Assembly (NCBI RefSeq): GCF_026571515.1
Contig: NW_026859993.1
Span: forward strand, 124,001 to 188,000
Reading direction: 5' to 3'
From: Ruditapes philippinarum
Lineage: Eukaryota
Length of the DNA: 64,000 bases
Both the position numbers and the translations under genes were made by a program. Below the pieces are notes generated by a model, which was not told the DNA's origin, made no database searches, and was given only the letters and a program-made list of their open reading frames with translations. The first letter of the stretch is position 1. Every line of letters begins with the position of its first letter. Positions 1 to 13,250 of the stretch are shown piece by piece.

Positions 1-412
1 GTCTGAAGATTTACCTATTGTTGTTCCTTTTGAAGAAGGACTTGACAAAGTCAGTTCTGGTACCCATACGTCATCGTAAGATACTGTTATTTGCTCGATT
101 CCACCATTTAGCTTTTTGTCCCAACGTAACTTTTCATCCATCCAGTGAAGTTGCAAGGCTGCAACAAAAGCAAATTTTTCATCCACTTCGTCGAATTCTT
201 TTATTGACTTTATAAACATAAATACTTTTACGTCAATGGTCAAGCTTTGATCCGTTATTGGACGCACATTTTTGTTATAGCCAGTGAATAACGACATATG
301 AAGATTCTCCATTTCCGTGATATTAGCTGCGTTTATAAGCGATAATAACAAAATATAATACTTTCAAGTATCTGAAGGCTTGGAAAACACCAGTATATCC
401 TTCAAAAGCCAT
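1..412 (-). CDS. Cys-loop ligand-gated ion channel (nAChR-like) subunit, copy A1; 5' part only, continues beyond the window start
   Basis: Near-identical and co-linear with the 5' part of ORF 40684..41985 (MAFEGYTGVFQAFRYL...WVPELTLSS). ATG at 412-410, no indel seen by eye. Confidence 0.88.
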
Positions 413-2013
413 TCTGGTAATATTTGTAAATAATGTATCTAAACAAAATAAGTTCGTGTTTAAAATCTCTTTTTTCTCACAATAGCGCTACTGTAAGTTG
501 CTGAAGATGGATCTCTATTTAAACGTAAAGGAATTTCATTGTATTTTTATTGATATCTTCAAGTGAGGCTTAATGTATTTATCTATTTAATGATTTATTT
601 TCCCGATGGTGTCGAATGATGAATTGTTTTTAAAAATCTAACTTAACAAATGTCATTCATCCGTATTAATACGTCAATAGCATAAAAAAGTCATTATTGA
701 TTTTAGCTGTTAGAGTAAATGATGAGGTCAAACCCCTTTGTATAGAAACCAACATTTTTATCTTTGAATTGATTTCTCTTTTTGATCTGTATTATGTTTA
801 CTAATTATACCGTTCATAATATATTAATGGCAAATCTATTTTTTTGGTCACGTTTTGGCTTTCATTATGCTCAAAACAAAGCCTTTCATAGCGACTTTAA
901 ACATTAAACAACTAAACATTTGCTTATTCCCCCTTTAAAACCATTAAATTTAAACAAAAATTTTTTATCTTAGAATTTTAACAGCAACAGTAAAACATGT
1001 TAATAGGACTAATTTTAGTTTGGTAAAAAAGGTGTTATAGACTTTTTTGGGGAAAATTTAGAAAGGCTTGTATGCATGGAACCGTCATCGATTTAACATG
1101 AAGGAATATATTCAATACTATACATTAGCCACATCTTCCATGAATCATAGTCTTGTTAATAACATTTAAATTATGTTGTAATTAAATAAACGATTTTGTA
1201 ACTCATTCTGTTGCAACATTTTCAAAGAAAGGTAAATATAGTCATGCTGTTCATAACATTATTCTGTCTTGTCAATTAGTTATGAAAATAATAAAGACTT
1301 CATTAATTAACTCTGTATTTCATGTTTATATAAATAGAGTGTTTTATAAACATAGTTCTCAATTATCCATTGCTGATCGGAAAATATAGCTTAAATGGAT
1401 TTTGGGTATTCTTTAGAAATTCTGTTTTTTCCTCTATCTCTATGTTAAAATAATAATGACAAAAGTGTGATTTGTTTTGTAGTTTAATATTTATCTCTTA
1501 TAAATATTACATTCACATAAAAAAATGATTTTAAAAAAGTTAAACGACATAGGTTTTACTTTATAGCTTATATGTATCATAAACGTCCCATACAAAATGA
1601 GATTATTGATTATAATACAAGATCCAAACAGTGTTCAATGAGTGCATGAAACCCGACTCAAAATGCATTTTTTTTTAATTTCCATCATTTTTTATTTAGT
1701 AGTGAGCCATTGGTTATGATGTGATATTCACCGGAAGAATTGTCAACTGACTGAGGCGATAGCTACCCGCAGTGATTATGCTGAGCAAGCGTTCGCTTAA
1801 CAACCGTTTGGACCATTTACATCATATAATAATGGTCAATTTGTATCAACACTTGACTATAAATGAAACCATATTCTGTTAAATACATGTTTAAAATTGA
1901 TAGTTTTACGAGATAGATGGAATCAAAAACCTTATTATGAGAAAATCAAAATTAGCCAGTTGAACATCTTTGAAAATATGCTAGAATATGCATTCATTGA
2001 CCGTGCTGTTGCT

Positions 2014-3113
2014 TTACGACGCTGCCATTCCTAAAAATAAGATCATATTCATCACTGTCAAAAATATACATGTAAACAGGGCGATCCAGTCAACCATATA
2101 ACTTATTTGTTTCCATGTTATGGGATCGTCTTTTCTCTCTTGTTTATTTTTCAGCTCGCCAGAACAGTCCTTTGTTTTACTATTAGATGCGTTTTCTTGC
2201 ATTACAGTACTATCGGTACCCTTAAATTTGATTTCACGTCTTTGTTTCATTTCTTCTGTGTCGTCTGGATGAGTCTTTCTGCCAGTACAGGTTAAAAACC
2301 TATATATAGACTTCAGCCAATTTGGTACACTATTGTTATCGTCTTTACAATATAGTCGCATGTCTATGATGGTGACAAAAACTATTAGGGCGCTGATAAG
2401 CAAATCAATCATCAACTTGTAGGAAATAAGCGGTACCGGCTGTGAAGTTTGGGGCAGTAAATCATTGACAATGGTCATGTAGACAGCAATAACGAGAAGT
2501 GTCGTAATGCAGTATCCTATACGTTCTCCCGATTCTGGCACAAGAAGAAACACAAGAACATTTAATAAGCTTAGTATTAATATGGGCATTATTATGTTAA
2601 TCACAGCAAATGTTGCATTCCTTTCTAAGTGTATAGTGAACGTTATTTCAGCCTCATTTCCAGATCCTAATATCACCGTTTTAACTTCTGATGCAGTAAT
2701 ATCCCATAAGGCATGAGGAGAGTAAACATTTAACATGACGTTCGGAAATCCGGCTTGAAGATTCACTTCATTACTCTTGTAACCGAGAGAAGTAAAGCTA
2801 GTGTCACAGCTCTGAGAATCAAAGGGACATTTCTTAGCGTTTACGCTGCACGTGCTTTCAATGAGACCCGCTGGCATCCACTCCATTTCACCCCATTCAT
2901 TAACACGGAATCTGTCAGAAGATTTGTCTATGGTTGTCCCTTTTAGGAAGGGCTCGACAAAGTCATTTCTGGTACCCATAAGTCATCGTGGGACACAGTT
3001 ATCTGCTCGATACCTCCATTGACATGTGTTGCGGCGTTTATAACCCCTATTATAAAATATCTATGACACCAAACATAGTAATCTCCTCTAAATTCCATTT
3101 TGGTAGAAGTCAT
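2014..3113 (-). pseudogene. nAChR-like receptor pseudogene, copy B1
   Basis: Paralog of 43616..44941. Relative to it there is a deletion of about 210 bp of extracellular domain near 3025, a smaller deletion near 3058 and a 1-bp loss near 2945. The Cys-loop FPFD reads CPFD. M1-M4 remain open (ORF 2014..2979). Confidence 0.88.
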
Positions 3114-3779
3114 CTGGAGGAAAAAATCGTAAACAAAATTTATAAACTGAAAATATCAGATAAGGTGGTTTGGTTTTTTTTCCAATATATTTCAGGGTCA
3201 CTTATTCATAATAAGACATTACATAGATTTCGATGAATGGTTTAACGCTGCGATACAATGATGCGTATCAGTTTACAAATATAGAGTCTAAAATGCGCTC
3301 AAATATATAATTGATTTAGATCGAAAATATACAAAATGTATATGAAAAGCGAGAAGATTGAAAAGCTACAATAGATAACAAATGATGTAAATTTCTTCCA
3401 ATTTTTTTTATGATACTTTATAGATTATTTTCTATTTTCGTGTTCTTCGTTCGACAAAGTAGTCGAGCTGATACAAAATTATCGGAGAGGGAACCGTGAA
3501 GGTGAAGGCATCAATGCAAACAAGTTACATATTCTTATCTTTTTCGACACGTGATAGTACATTGGGGTTTTAAAATACAGAAATAATAAGCTTCATTCGT
3601 AAGCAATTTCGATGTTTCTACGTTTGATGCAACACTATCGCATTAACTAATTAATGATATCAAACTAATTTCCCTGGTTTGGAAAACTTTTACTCAGGAG
3701 TTGAGTTATAACATAAGGGTAAAGTTGTCTTTCTGGCGTGTAATGCTCAAAAGGTATTCTTTATAAACTGTATTATAAA

Positions 3780-5210
3780 CCATTTTTTCGTTGGCGATAT
3801 GTGATGAAGTTCAATGAGCACTCACATTTCTTTTGTCAGGTCTGGTAATACCTTTTTCAAATAGACAATATGAATTTCTTAAATTATTGTACTAATTGTA
3901 TACCCATTACCGCATAAAAGTTTTTATATTGCTACGAAAGAGATTTCTTGTTGAGCCTCTTTCCAGATACACAATAAGATGTAATAGTAGCATTAAAAAT
4001 CACTTCCAGATACTTTGATGATATTTTTACTTAGATGAAACTTCTCAAATATCTAAAATATTCCCAATTCACTTAACTGAATAAAATTTATTTTACTACA
4101 TCATTTTTTAATCTTCATATTAAAATCGGTAACGATACTATTCACACAAAATCTGTGCTAAGAGAATTGTCTTTGATTTTGGTAAATTGAATTAACCGCA
4201 TTTACATATAGATGTACCGCATGCATCATCTAAGCATGGGCTATATATGTAAATTTATTTTTTTCTACAGGACTTGTAAGCCATTGTAAACTTTTTAAAT
4301 TTGAAATATTTTTACTTAATTTTAAAATGGTAACTTCTAAAAATTCATAGCGATTTGTAAAACTTTTGCGGCAAGGAGTAAAGGACGTCTGATTTTATAG
4401 AGATGTTACCTAGAAACGATGTTCTTGGGTAATGGTAATTTGTCTTCTATCTTTTCTAAAACTTTTATTTAAAAAGGATGTTAAGTTGCGGCATGGCCGA
4501 GTGCTATTAGCGGCATGGTCAAGTGGTTAATGCGTCGGACTAGTAATCCAATGATTGCTAGACACATAGGTTCAAACCCGTCAGGTGCAAGTCGTTGTTT
4601 CCTAAAGCAAGAAACTTTACAACTTTCGAAAACAAATTCTGTATAAAAAGGTTACTACACTACTCTTTAATTTACAGCATATTTTAATGTTCAACCCCTT
4701 TACAGCTGCACACAACGCTTTCTCCTTTTGATTCCATCTGCCAGACTAAGTTAGACAGTTCTTGAAACTTATTGATGTTAAATTTGTCGTAATTTCACTC
4801 TTCCTCCTCCCTTCGTCGGGCCCTTATGTGTGATTTTCTAGCTGCTCTGTCGTTCTTTAAACATTAAATACTTTGGTTATTTCTGTGTTTTGCTTATTTC
4901 ACCTCATAACCATAACATATGCCAAATTTCGCTTGTTGGGGATCCATCTTATTTACACTGTCGCGTTAACCAGGAACATGTTGTGGCTAAGAGGGGCCAA
5001 GAATGGGGTTTGGTGCATCATTACCCTGTTTAAACTCAAAATAATTGCCAGCCTATGTTCCTGAAATGTATTTCTTGTTTATTTCTACACCATTTTTTGA
5101 TAACACTGTTGTGTCCTTTGTGTCATTTCCTATCACCAACGGTTAATATCCCTTTCCTCTAGTTATTTTTTCAAATGTGACTCCTCTCCCCAGTCCTGGT
5201 CCTTGTTCCC
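3780..5210 (+). mobile_element. Old, degenerate Penelope-like (Naiad-like) retroelement remnant
   Basis: TSRYFDDIF RT motif near 4003-4030. 4170-5040 is co-linear with the better-preserved copy at 26163-26985 (ttttggtaaa...gtaccgcatgca...tatttacactgtc). Confidence 0.65.
4488..4625 (+). mobile_element. tRNA-derived SINE with a CORE-like segment
   Basis: A-box-like tggtcaagtgg, B-box ggttcaaaccc, then gttgtttcctaaagcaagaaactttac. The 5' end is partly duplicated. Absent from the paralogous site near 46150. Confidence 0.65.
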
Positions 5211-6861
5211 TACACCCTATCACTGTGTATGCCTTCTTGTGTCTTAATGATTTCCTTTAACATTGTATGATAAATAATAAGGCCCCGTCCGTGATTTGCC
5301 CTTTTGAAATCTTCCGTGTATTGTTTGTACCCTGCTGGTCTACTTGTCGGTTCTCCTCTTGTGTTGCTGGGAATTTTTGGTTGATGCTGACCTTCTTTGT
5401 GGCTCAAAATTTGTGCAACTCGGGATTCACACAAATAATAACATATTTTTTTTACCAAACGCTACCGCATTGCTGTCAATACCTAACATCGCTAAGTCTT
5501 CAATTTCAGTGAGGGTGGATGAGTTTTTATTAGGTTCCAATTATGCTTCTTTTCCGAGGTCAAGTCGAGCGGAAAAATAGTATGTATTTGTAAAGATTGT
5601 CTATTATATTAGTGATAAATATATGGAACAACTGTCTAAAATCGTTATGGATAATGTCCCTAACTGGAAATTTTAGTATCTTTCACAAATAATATTGTGC
5701 GATTTTACATTTTTTCTAAATGAACATTACAAATCAAAGGAATTATCTTTGAATTCAAAAGTCTTTGAAAGGAAAACAAACGGATGACTCTAGACTTCTG
5801 AACGACGGGTGAATCTAAAATTCTGAAGCCTATATTCGATTTCCTATATAATACAGTAGGAAACAATTTTGTTTAAATAATTTTATAGTTTATACATACG
5901 CAATCATGTAATTACAATAGGTTTTATAAAAATGATCCAGACAACAAGTGTTCTAAAGACTTCATGCTGATAATCCTGCAACAAAATCAATTTACAATTA
6001 CCTCCACTGAAATTAGTACATGTAATTATCAAATTTTAATAAGCTAATATAAAAATAAAAACTGTACAACAAAGCACAAATTATAACAAAGTCCATTGCC
6101 TACTATGACAAATTGTTTAAACAATCAGGTTAATTATTAATTTAATTAATAAGAAATTAAAACAATGAGCTACTTAGACATCATTATATTTATTTATTTA
6201 TTTACTATAGTCTCATCTGTGTACAATTACATACATTTCAACATAAAATATAAATGTTACATTGTACATAGCTATTATTACAAGAGACATAGGATACATT
6301 ATGTTTTATATATTTTACAATTAAAAAATCTGTTATGTTATTGGCATATATATGTGTATATATTAAATACATACATATATACATGTACATGCAAATACAT
6401 TACACATATAAAAAAAATGCATATTAAAACAGCACATGATATCAACTGTAAAACCTGCCAACAGCAAAACCTTTAATAAACTTCACTACATGTATTAAAA
6501 GGTAAAAAAATATGGGTTTTCAATAAAACGTCCATCTTGATAATATTATTTGTCTAGCCGCTATCTATGATTAAGTTGTGGACTAATTAGCAGAATGTAC
6601 CTTGTTTATACAGAATTTAACTCCAATATAGTTTACAAGAAAAGCATTGATGCAAAGCATCAAAGGGCGTCCAAGCAAGAAATGCAGAAAGTGAAGATAA
6701 ACTAGTAGACATATGATGACAAGATATTCTTATAAACTTTTCAATGGTTAATTGGTTTTTACCAGAATGAACGGCCGAAAGACATTGTTCATTATGAACT
6801 TTGATTGGCATGCTAGAGATTAGAATATTACTTGTTATTTCTTTATGATCGTGATTATTAA

Positions 6862-7235
6862 TACGGGGAAGTCAAAGACCGGGCCCGCGAAGCGGGTCCG
6901 GGCTTTGGCTTGCCCGGCTATAGACTACACGTGTATATTTAAAAGATAATGAAATAAAAAAAGAATTAAAAAATATATAGAATTCTATACCTACCAATGA
7001 AATTTTCAGTGTCAGTTCTAGTCGGGCGCCGCCATTTACAATGTAACTCAATGATAATAAGCGGGGTATTCCGATAACGGAACAAATCTCAACTTTTCAG
7101 ATAAATAATAAACGCCGAGTGTCCGAGTGAAAACGGAAGCGGTGCATGTAATACCGAATGACACTTTTAAAACGGAAAGAATGAAAGGAATTTTTAACGA
7201 CTTCCCCGTTCATAGGCTTTGCCTAATTTCATATT
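6862..7235. mobile_element. Non-autonomous HINE/Helentron-like element, copy 1
   Basis: Subterminal inverted repeats acggggaagtc / gacttccccgt, GC-rich 5' hairpin (gggcccgc-gaa-gcgggtcc), 3' hairpin aggc-ttt-gcct. Second copy at 7946..8301. Confidence 0.65.
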
Positions 7236-7945
7236 AGCAACGGATATACATGTATACAATCATTTATAATCCATATGTGTAACGCATGGTCAACACCACA
7301 CTTGTGGCAATGTCTCTTATTATGTTATCGCTATTAGCGAAGACCCCCTCTTAAGGTATCTGTTCATATGACACTGGTTATATTACCATGTTGATCATGT
7401 TGAGCATAATTGTTTATTATACAATAATTGTAATATCTATTCTGGGACATAAGATAACTTATCTTAAGTTATCTTATGTCCCAGATCTATTTTAATATAA
7501 AAATTACAGATTATATGAATATTGTTTTTCTCTCTTTTTTGTCTTTTACCGGTATGTGCTATTTTAATACTGAGTTTTTACGTTTACTACTCTTTCTTCA
7601 TTAAAATTGTAAAATAAATTTTAAGAATTCAATTGTCACATTGACCGACGATTATAAGTCAAAACTTAACTGGAAAAAGTCAGTAAATTATGCGTAATCT
7701 TTTAATATATAATATTGTTTATTCTTAAACCATATACATGTACATTTGTATTTTTCTTTATCATTTTTTAAATTATCAATCAATTAAATAATTCATAAAA
7801 TCTAATTTGTAACTTTGAATAATTCCTCGGCACCTTTACTAAACACGAATAACAAATTAAATAAAAATGTTTCAAAGTTGATAGTATCATATTAATACCA
7901 TAAAAATGTACCTTTGTCTCAATTATTGTACATATTTATTGTTTT

Positions 7946-8301
7946 AACGGGGAAGTCAAAGTCTAGGCCCGCAAAGCGGGCCCGGGCTTTGGCTTCTACA
8001 CGTGTATATTTAAAAGAAAATCAAATTTAAAAAAAATATATAGAATTCTATACCTATCAATGAAATTTTCAGTGTCAGTTCTAGTTAGGCGCCGCCATTT
8101 ACAATGTAACTCAATGATAAAAGGCGGTGTATTCCGATAACGGAACAAATCTCAACTTTTCGGATTAATAATAATCGTCGAGTGTTCCGAGTGTAAACGG
8201 AAGCGGGTATATATAATACCGAATGACACATTTAAAACGGAAAAAATGAAAGGATTTTTTTACCGACTTCCCCGTTCATAGGCTTTGCCTAATTTCATAT
8301 T
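7946..8301. mobile_element. Non-autonomous HINE/Helentron-like element, copy 2
   Basis: Highly similar direct copy of 6862..7235 with the same termini and different flanks. Confidence 0.65.
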
Positions 8302-9004
8302 ATCTCATATAGATAAAATGAAACATGCTATTGTTGTTGTTTTTGGTTTTTTTTCGAATTGTATGTTTATTTATAATAAAAATCAATAAATTTGAGAGTT
8401 GATCTATGTTTATTAATTATTGTTACCAAACTAAGTGACAAACATTCATTTTGGAAAAAAAGCTTATTTATCTGTAAAATATTTGTTCTGTTCTGTAACG
8501 ATATCAAACATTTACTCCAAAACCGTGAGAGACCGGACAATAAACGTGTGATACTATTCGCCGGTCACTAGTAAATCCCGGTCAAAATAGACCGGGAGAG
8601 ACCGGGAATTACCGATAGCAGTACATCCCTCTATAAATAGATTTTCGGAATGTTTAGGTCATCAACTCATCGTTCTATTTTAACATACCAAAATAACCCA
8701 CTGTGTACTACAAAATGATAAATTAAAAAAAAAACCGAAGAGACGGAAAAGGTTATTTCATGCATTGCGAAATTCTCCAGTTCGCTATTCATTGTACATA
8801 TCGAGACATTTTTTTAATCAAGCACCCTCATACCGATCGGAATGTTCGGCTTTTATTGTGACCGACCAAAAGGCTCGAGAAGTTGCTGTCGCCCTTTCAC
8901 AAAATCTGATTTTATTTCATAAGAGCGCTGCGCTTCGGCGCGGACGCCAAAAACATGATAGGTCTTATTCAAACTGATATAAAATACAGTCCAATTTTGT
9001 TTAA

Positions 9005-9665
9005 AGATAGAATATGTCATAATAAGTCGATTTGTAAAGACACTTATTTCATGCTTTATAGTGTTTACTATAATATATCAGATGATAATATCTGATTAAC
9101 CACTAGTGAAATTTATAAAATAATTTTTACTGTAGCCGAACTATATCTGAATGCGGATGAAAGGAATATCATAACTAAATGGAATAACAAAAATAAATGC
9201 CGTCATACGCAAACTTTGTTTTTTAAGAAAAGAAAGTCGATGTCATCGATCATACATCATGTGAAAAATGTAACAAAATTAGAGAAATTAATCGAAACTA
9301 TATTTCAAAATTGATGCCGTCATACGCAAATTTTGTTTTTTAAGAAAAAAAAGTCGATGTCATCATACATCATGTTAAAAATGTAACAAATTAGAGAAAT
9401 TAATCGGAACTATATTTCAAAATTGATGTGATGACGTCAGAGAGGAGAATGCACGATGTTACGCGGCAAAAACAGTTAAAAAATACTTAAAATCACTTAA
9501 AAAGCATGAAATAAAAAGGAAACTTATTTATTTTACATATAAGATTGAAATATATTTCATTCGTGAACACCAGCTATTATATATTCACTCGTGGCTATGC
9601 ATCTGGTGTTCACTCAGTGAAATATATTTCAATCTTACATGAAAAACAAACAAATATTCTCTATT
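9005..9665. repeat. MITE-like element with an internal tandem duplication of about 117 bp and a long terminal hairpin
   Basis: Tandem copies at about 9197-9313 and 9314-9428. Inverted arms taagattgaaatatatttca...gtgaacaccag / ctggtgttcac...tgaaatatatttcaatctta at about 9540-9640. Confidence 0.5.
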
Positions 9666-9769
9666 TATTACAATATTTATGTATGCAAACATCAGACTTT
9701 CACTAAAAGTTTTAAAAAATTAAGACTTAATTAAAATATTATTTGAAATTTTACTGAAGACATAACAAT

Positions 9770-11390
9770 AATTTTAAGTCTATATTGGGTTTACATTGCT
9801 ATTATATAGACTGTTATTTCGAAGTTTCAATATATTATAGCAGGTTTTTGCTATTGTACGTATCATTTCTGGGCGGGAAAACAAAAATTGAAACTTATCA
9901 ATATCATTAAGTAATTTGAAATTTGTATTTAATATAACTGCCTTTTCTAAAAGTAAATTCCTATCAACAGAGTAAGTTGGACATTTCAATGACACATGGA
10001 TTTCGTTTTCCACCGAGTCTTTGCAAAATGGGCACACTCTTCCAGATTCAGGTACTCTTTTATAACGCCAAGTTTCTAGTCGAAGTTGCGCTACGCACAT
10101 CTAAACTTTGCTAACGCAGATCTATGTGCATATGGTAATTGTAATTTAGAATACGTTGCAACTTCATAATAAGTTTTTTAAAAGTTTGTGTGTCCTTAAT
10201 TTATTACGACCTGTGCCACTATCACTTGACACTCGATCAATATCGGTTCTCCATTGCAGAATATGAGCATCAATAAGAGCATTTGTCATATTAGACACTA
10301 GATTTTTACGATGAAAAGGTAATTGAATAAATGATGCTATATTATAAGAAACTTATCCTTTACCAAAAATGGCAAAATCTTCACACCAGTACTACTTTTA
10401 GATAAAGCCCAATCAAATATTCTCTTTTTGATTCTACAAGTGTCATAATTATGACAGCGGTACCAGTGATTACAAGTTGCTTTCCACTGGTCAACAATAA
10501 TTGGATTCCAACCCATATCTCCTTGTACAGCTGCATTTGGTGTATTTTTACCAGTGCTAAGGTAGAATCTCTTTGCTCTATGCTGCAATACAAGAGAAAT
10601 ACTTGATCCCCCATATAGCTGCCCCATAAGAAATAACAGGAACAACACATGAATAATAAAATTTGGTATAAATTTCGTAATAGGGTAGACCACCTTGACT
10701 TTTGTATTTAGCAATGAGAAGCCCCAAGGCACGACCAGCACTTTGTGTTACTGTTTTTGCAGTGATATTATAAACAAGATGTTCTGTAAATAAAATACCA
10801 AGATACATATACTTATTAAAATACTATATATAACAGAAGTACCACACTTAAAAACACTTTTGACATCAAATCAGTCTGTAAAATATCCATTTATACGTAC
10901 ACATGATGATATATTTTGATACAAGGATTTTACAGCAGTTAATATTTTTGTAGACAATCGAATATCAATGAGCTTCTGCCAAAGAAAATTTCTGTTAATG
11001 GAATCAAAAGCTTTTCTGAAGTCGATGAAAGCACAAAATGTAGATTGTTTGTTTTTCTTACGAGTATCGATAATATTTGTAAGGCTGGACAAATGGTCTA
11101 TTGTGCTACGTTTTTTTTTCGAAAACCGTTCTGTTCATCAACAATTATTTTTTTTGCATCTGTCCATTTTACAATACGTTCATTCAGAATACTTGTATAC
11201 ATATTATACATTGTTGAAGCTAATGAAATACCTCTATATGACATAGGATCTCTAAGATCATTTGAACTAGATTTTGGTATTGGGTTAATAATACTCTTTG
11301 ACCACAATGACGGAATTCTTCCGGTTTGGAAACAGACATTAAACAAGTTGTGAAAAACAAACAATGAAACTTCATTTTTTAACAAATCTT
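9770..11390 (-). mobile_element. Degenerate, 5'-truncated, internally deleted non-LTR retrotransposon (RTE-X-like)
   Basis: Frameshifted ORF pieces with YRGISL, EQNGFRK, AFIDFRKAFDSINR, YLGI and a C-terminal LETWRY...CPFC...ENEIH...C zinc motif. The YADD region is missing near 10870. Confidence 0.85.
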
Positions 11391-12471
11391 GGTATTGCAG
11401 TTCCAGTACTTTTTGGGGGGAAGTAATTAAGTATCAGTCTCATTGCTTTTAAATATTCATCAATGTTTGATTATATACACAGTGTCAAACAAAATAAACA
11501 TTATTCAGTAAAGAAATCAAATCATTAGTAACTTTAAAGGTAACATTACATTTTTACAACTTTAATGATTTAACATAAAGTTTATAAATAATATTTACAA
11601 CATATATTCATGTCATATCTTATTGTTTAGTAAACCAGTCAACTGTAATACAATGCAATTATCTTTCACTTACTTTTTCCCAAAAATAAAATAATACATG
11701 GAATTTACTGCTTTACTTTTTGAGAAAAATTGATGACATTTTATCAAAACCAAAAGTACTGCCTTGTAATGCAGTAACAGTACCACTTTTTCAGACAGTA
11801 ATGCAGTACCAGTACCAGAAGTAGCAACTTTTTGTAAGAGTTATTCAGTATCAGTACCAGTACTTGCAAAACCACTGCAGTACGTACTGCAGTACTAGTA
11901 CTAGTACAGTAATGCAGCTCTGAATATAATACACTATGAATGTGTGATAAACAGCATTAATACACTTGTTACTATATACAGTAACAAAATCGCCTATGAT
12001 TTCAACTGATTATGAGTATCACGTGACCTATTATGAGTTTGCGGCCCCGGGCCGAGAACTAGTTATCAGCCCGCCGAACATGTACACGTGCACAAACTGA
12101 AACAATGACGTCATATTTTACGTCATCAAACAGTTGACTGTAAAAGTGCATGAATCGCTTGATTTTATTATGAGAGCTTAAGCGTATTTCGTACAAATAC
12201 AGTTTTATTACTATTGAAATTTAAAGAAATAATACGACAAATTCATTCCGGAAAAAATGAAAATAAAACTTGCTTCTAGATCCTAGAAAACACAAAAAGT
12301 AAACAACTCTGTAGAAGTTAATGAACTTTATAGTAGAGCCTACAGTACAGTAGGCCTACAGTAGAAATACAGACATGAATTTTTACGAAAGAAATTTCAA
12401 AGTATTTATTAATAGAAGAAAAATGCTACTATAAATTCTATAAAGTGTATTAAAGACATTAATTTTTTAAA

Positions 12472-12602
12472 TACACGTCATAGTTGTGCCAGAAGGTGAT
12501 AATCGGCCCTGAAATGAATAATGCCCTCGGGCTGAAGCCCTCGGGGCCATTATTCATTTTGCGGGCCGATTATCACCTTCCGGCCCTACTCTGCCGTGTA
12601 TT
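12472..12602. repeat. Imperfect palindrome of about 130 bp, probable MITE end
   Basis: aatacacg...gaaggtgataatcggccc...aatgaataatg...gggctgaagccc...cattattcatt...gggccgattatcaccttc...cgtgtatt. Confidence 0.6.
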
Positions 12603-13250
12603 AATCTCTTATTACATTTAATACAACAAAATGAGGGATGCCACCTAACTAGTTGTGTGCAGAAGGCTATTTCTGTAGAACTAATGTACTAAGATTAGTC
12701 TTTTAAGTCATTAAGGTATCACTTTAGGAAACATCATGGAAACAAGATTGTTCAAAAGTATATGACGCAATATTCATCCTATAAACAGGGGGCAGAATAA
12801 AGCTTCATGCTTTATCCTAAACAAACTCTTTTTTCTCAATTTCAAAAATAAATAATATTCCCAAAAGCAACCACAAAAATCAAACTCTTTGAATTTCTGA
12901 GGAAATTTGAACTGTGAGGCTTTTTGTGGAAAGTGAGAACTTTTGTATACATATCACAATTTAAGTTTTATATTTTAGCGGCAGTAGATATGACATGGAC
13001 AAAGTAAATGCTATGTTCAATGTATTACCTTTTGAAATACTTCCAATTTAATACAATATTTAAAAAAATAAAATGAAACCAATTCTAATTTAATTCATTT
13101 ATGAATGTTGCGGACGATACTAATTTAATGCATATGATTTTCCAAATAAATTGCCTCATACTTGCTTGTCACTACCTTTTATAAACGAATAGTATAGACA
13201 TTTACGCAAAGACCATTGTGAAGACAAACATGTCCTTCTAGATCTTTAAT

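Noticed and set aside
4510-4590. Possible tRNA gene
   Set aside because: A and B boxes are present but there is no convincing cloverleaf; it continues into a SINE body and is absent from the paralogous site.
4940-5040. Second twister-like motif in the older Naiad-like copy
   Set aside because: Homologous up to UAAACUC, but P3 and P4 are lost, so it cannot fold and gives no covariation support.
9770-11390. Idea that this LINE and the one at 46260..48420 are a single pre-duplication insertion
   Set aside because: Their RT peptides differ greatly over the same motifs, so they are independent insertions.
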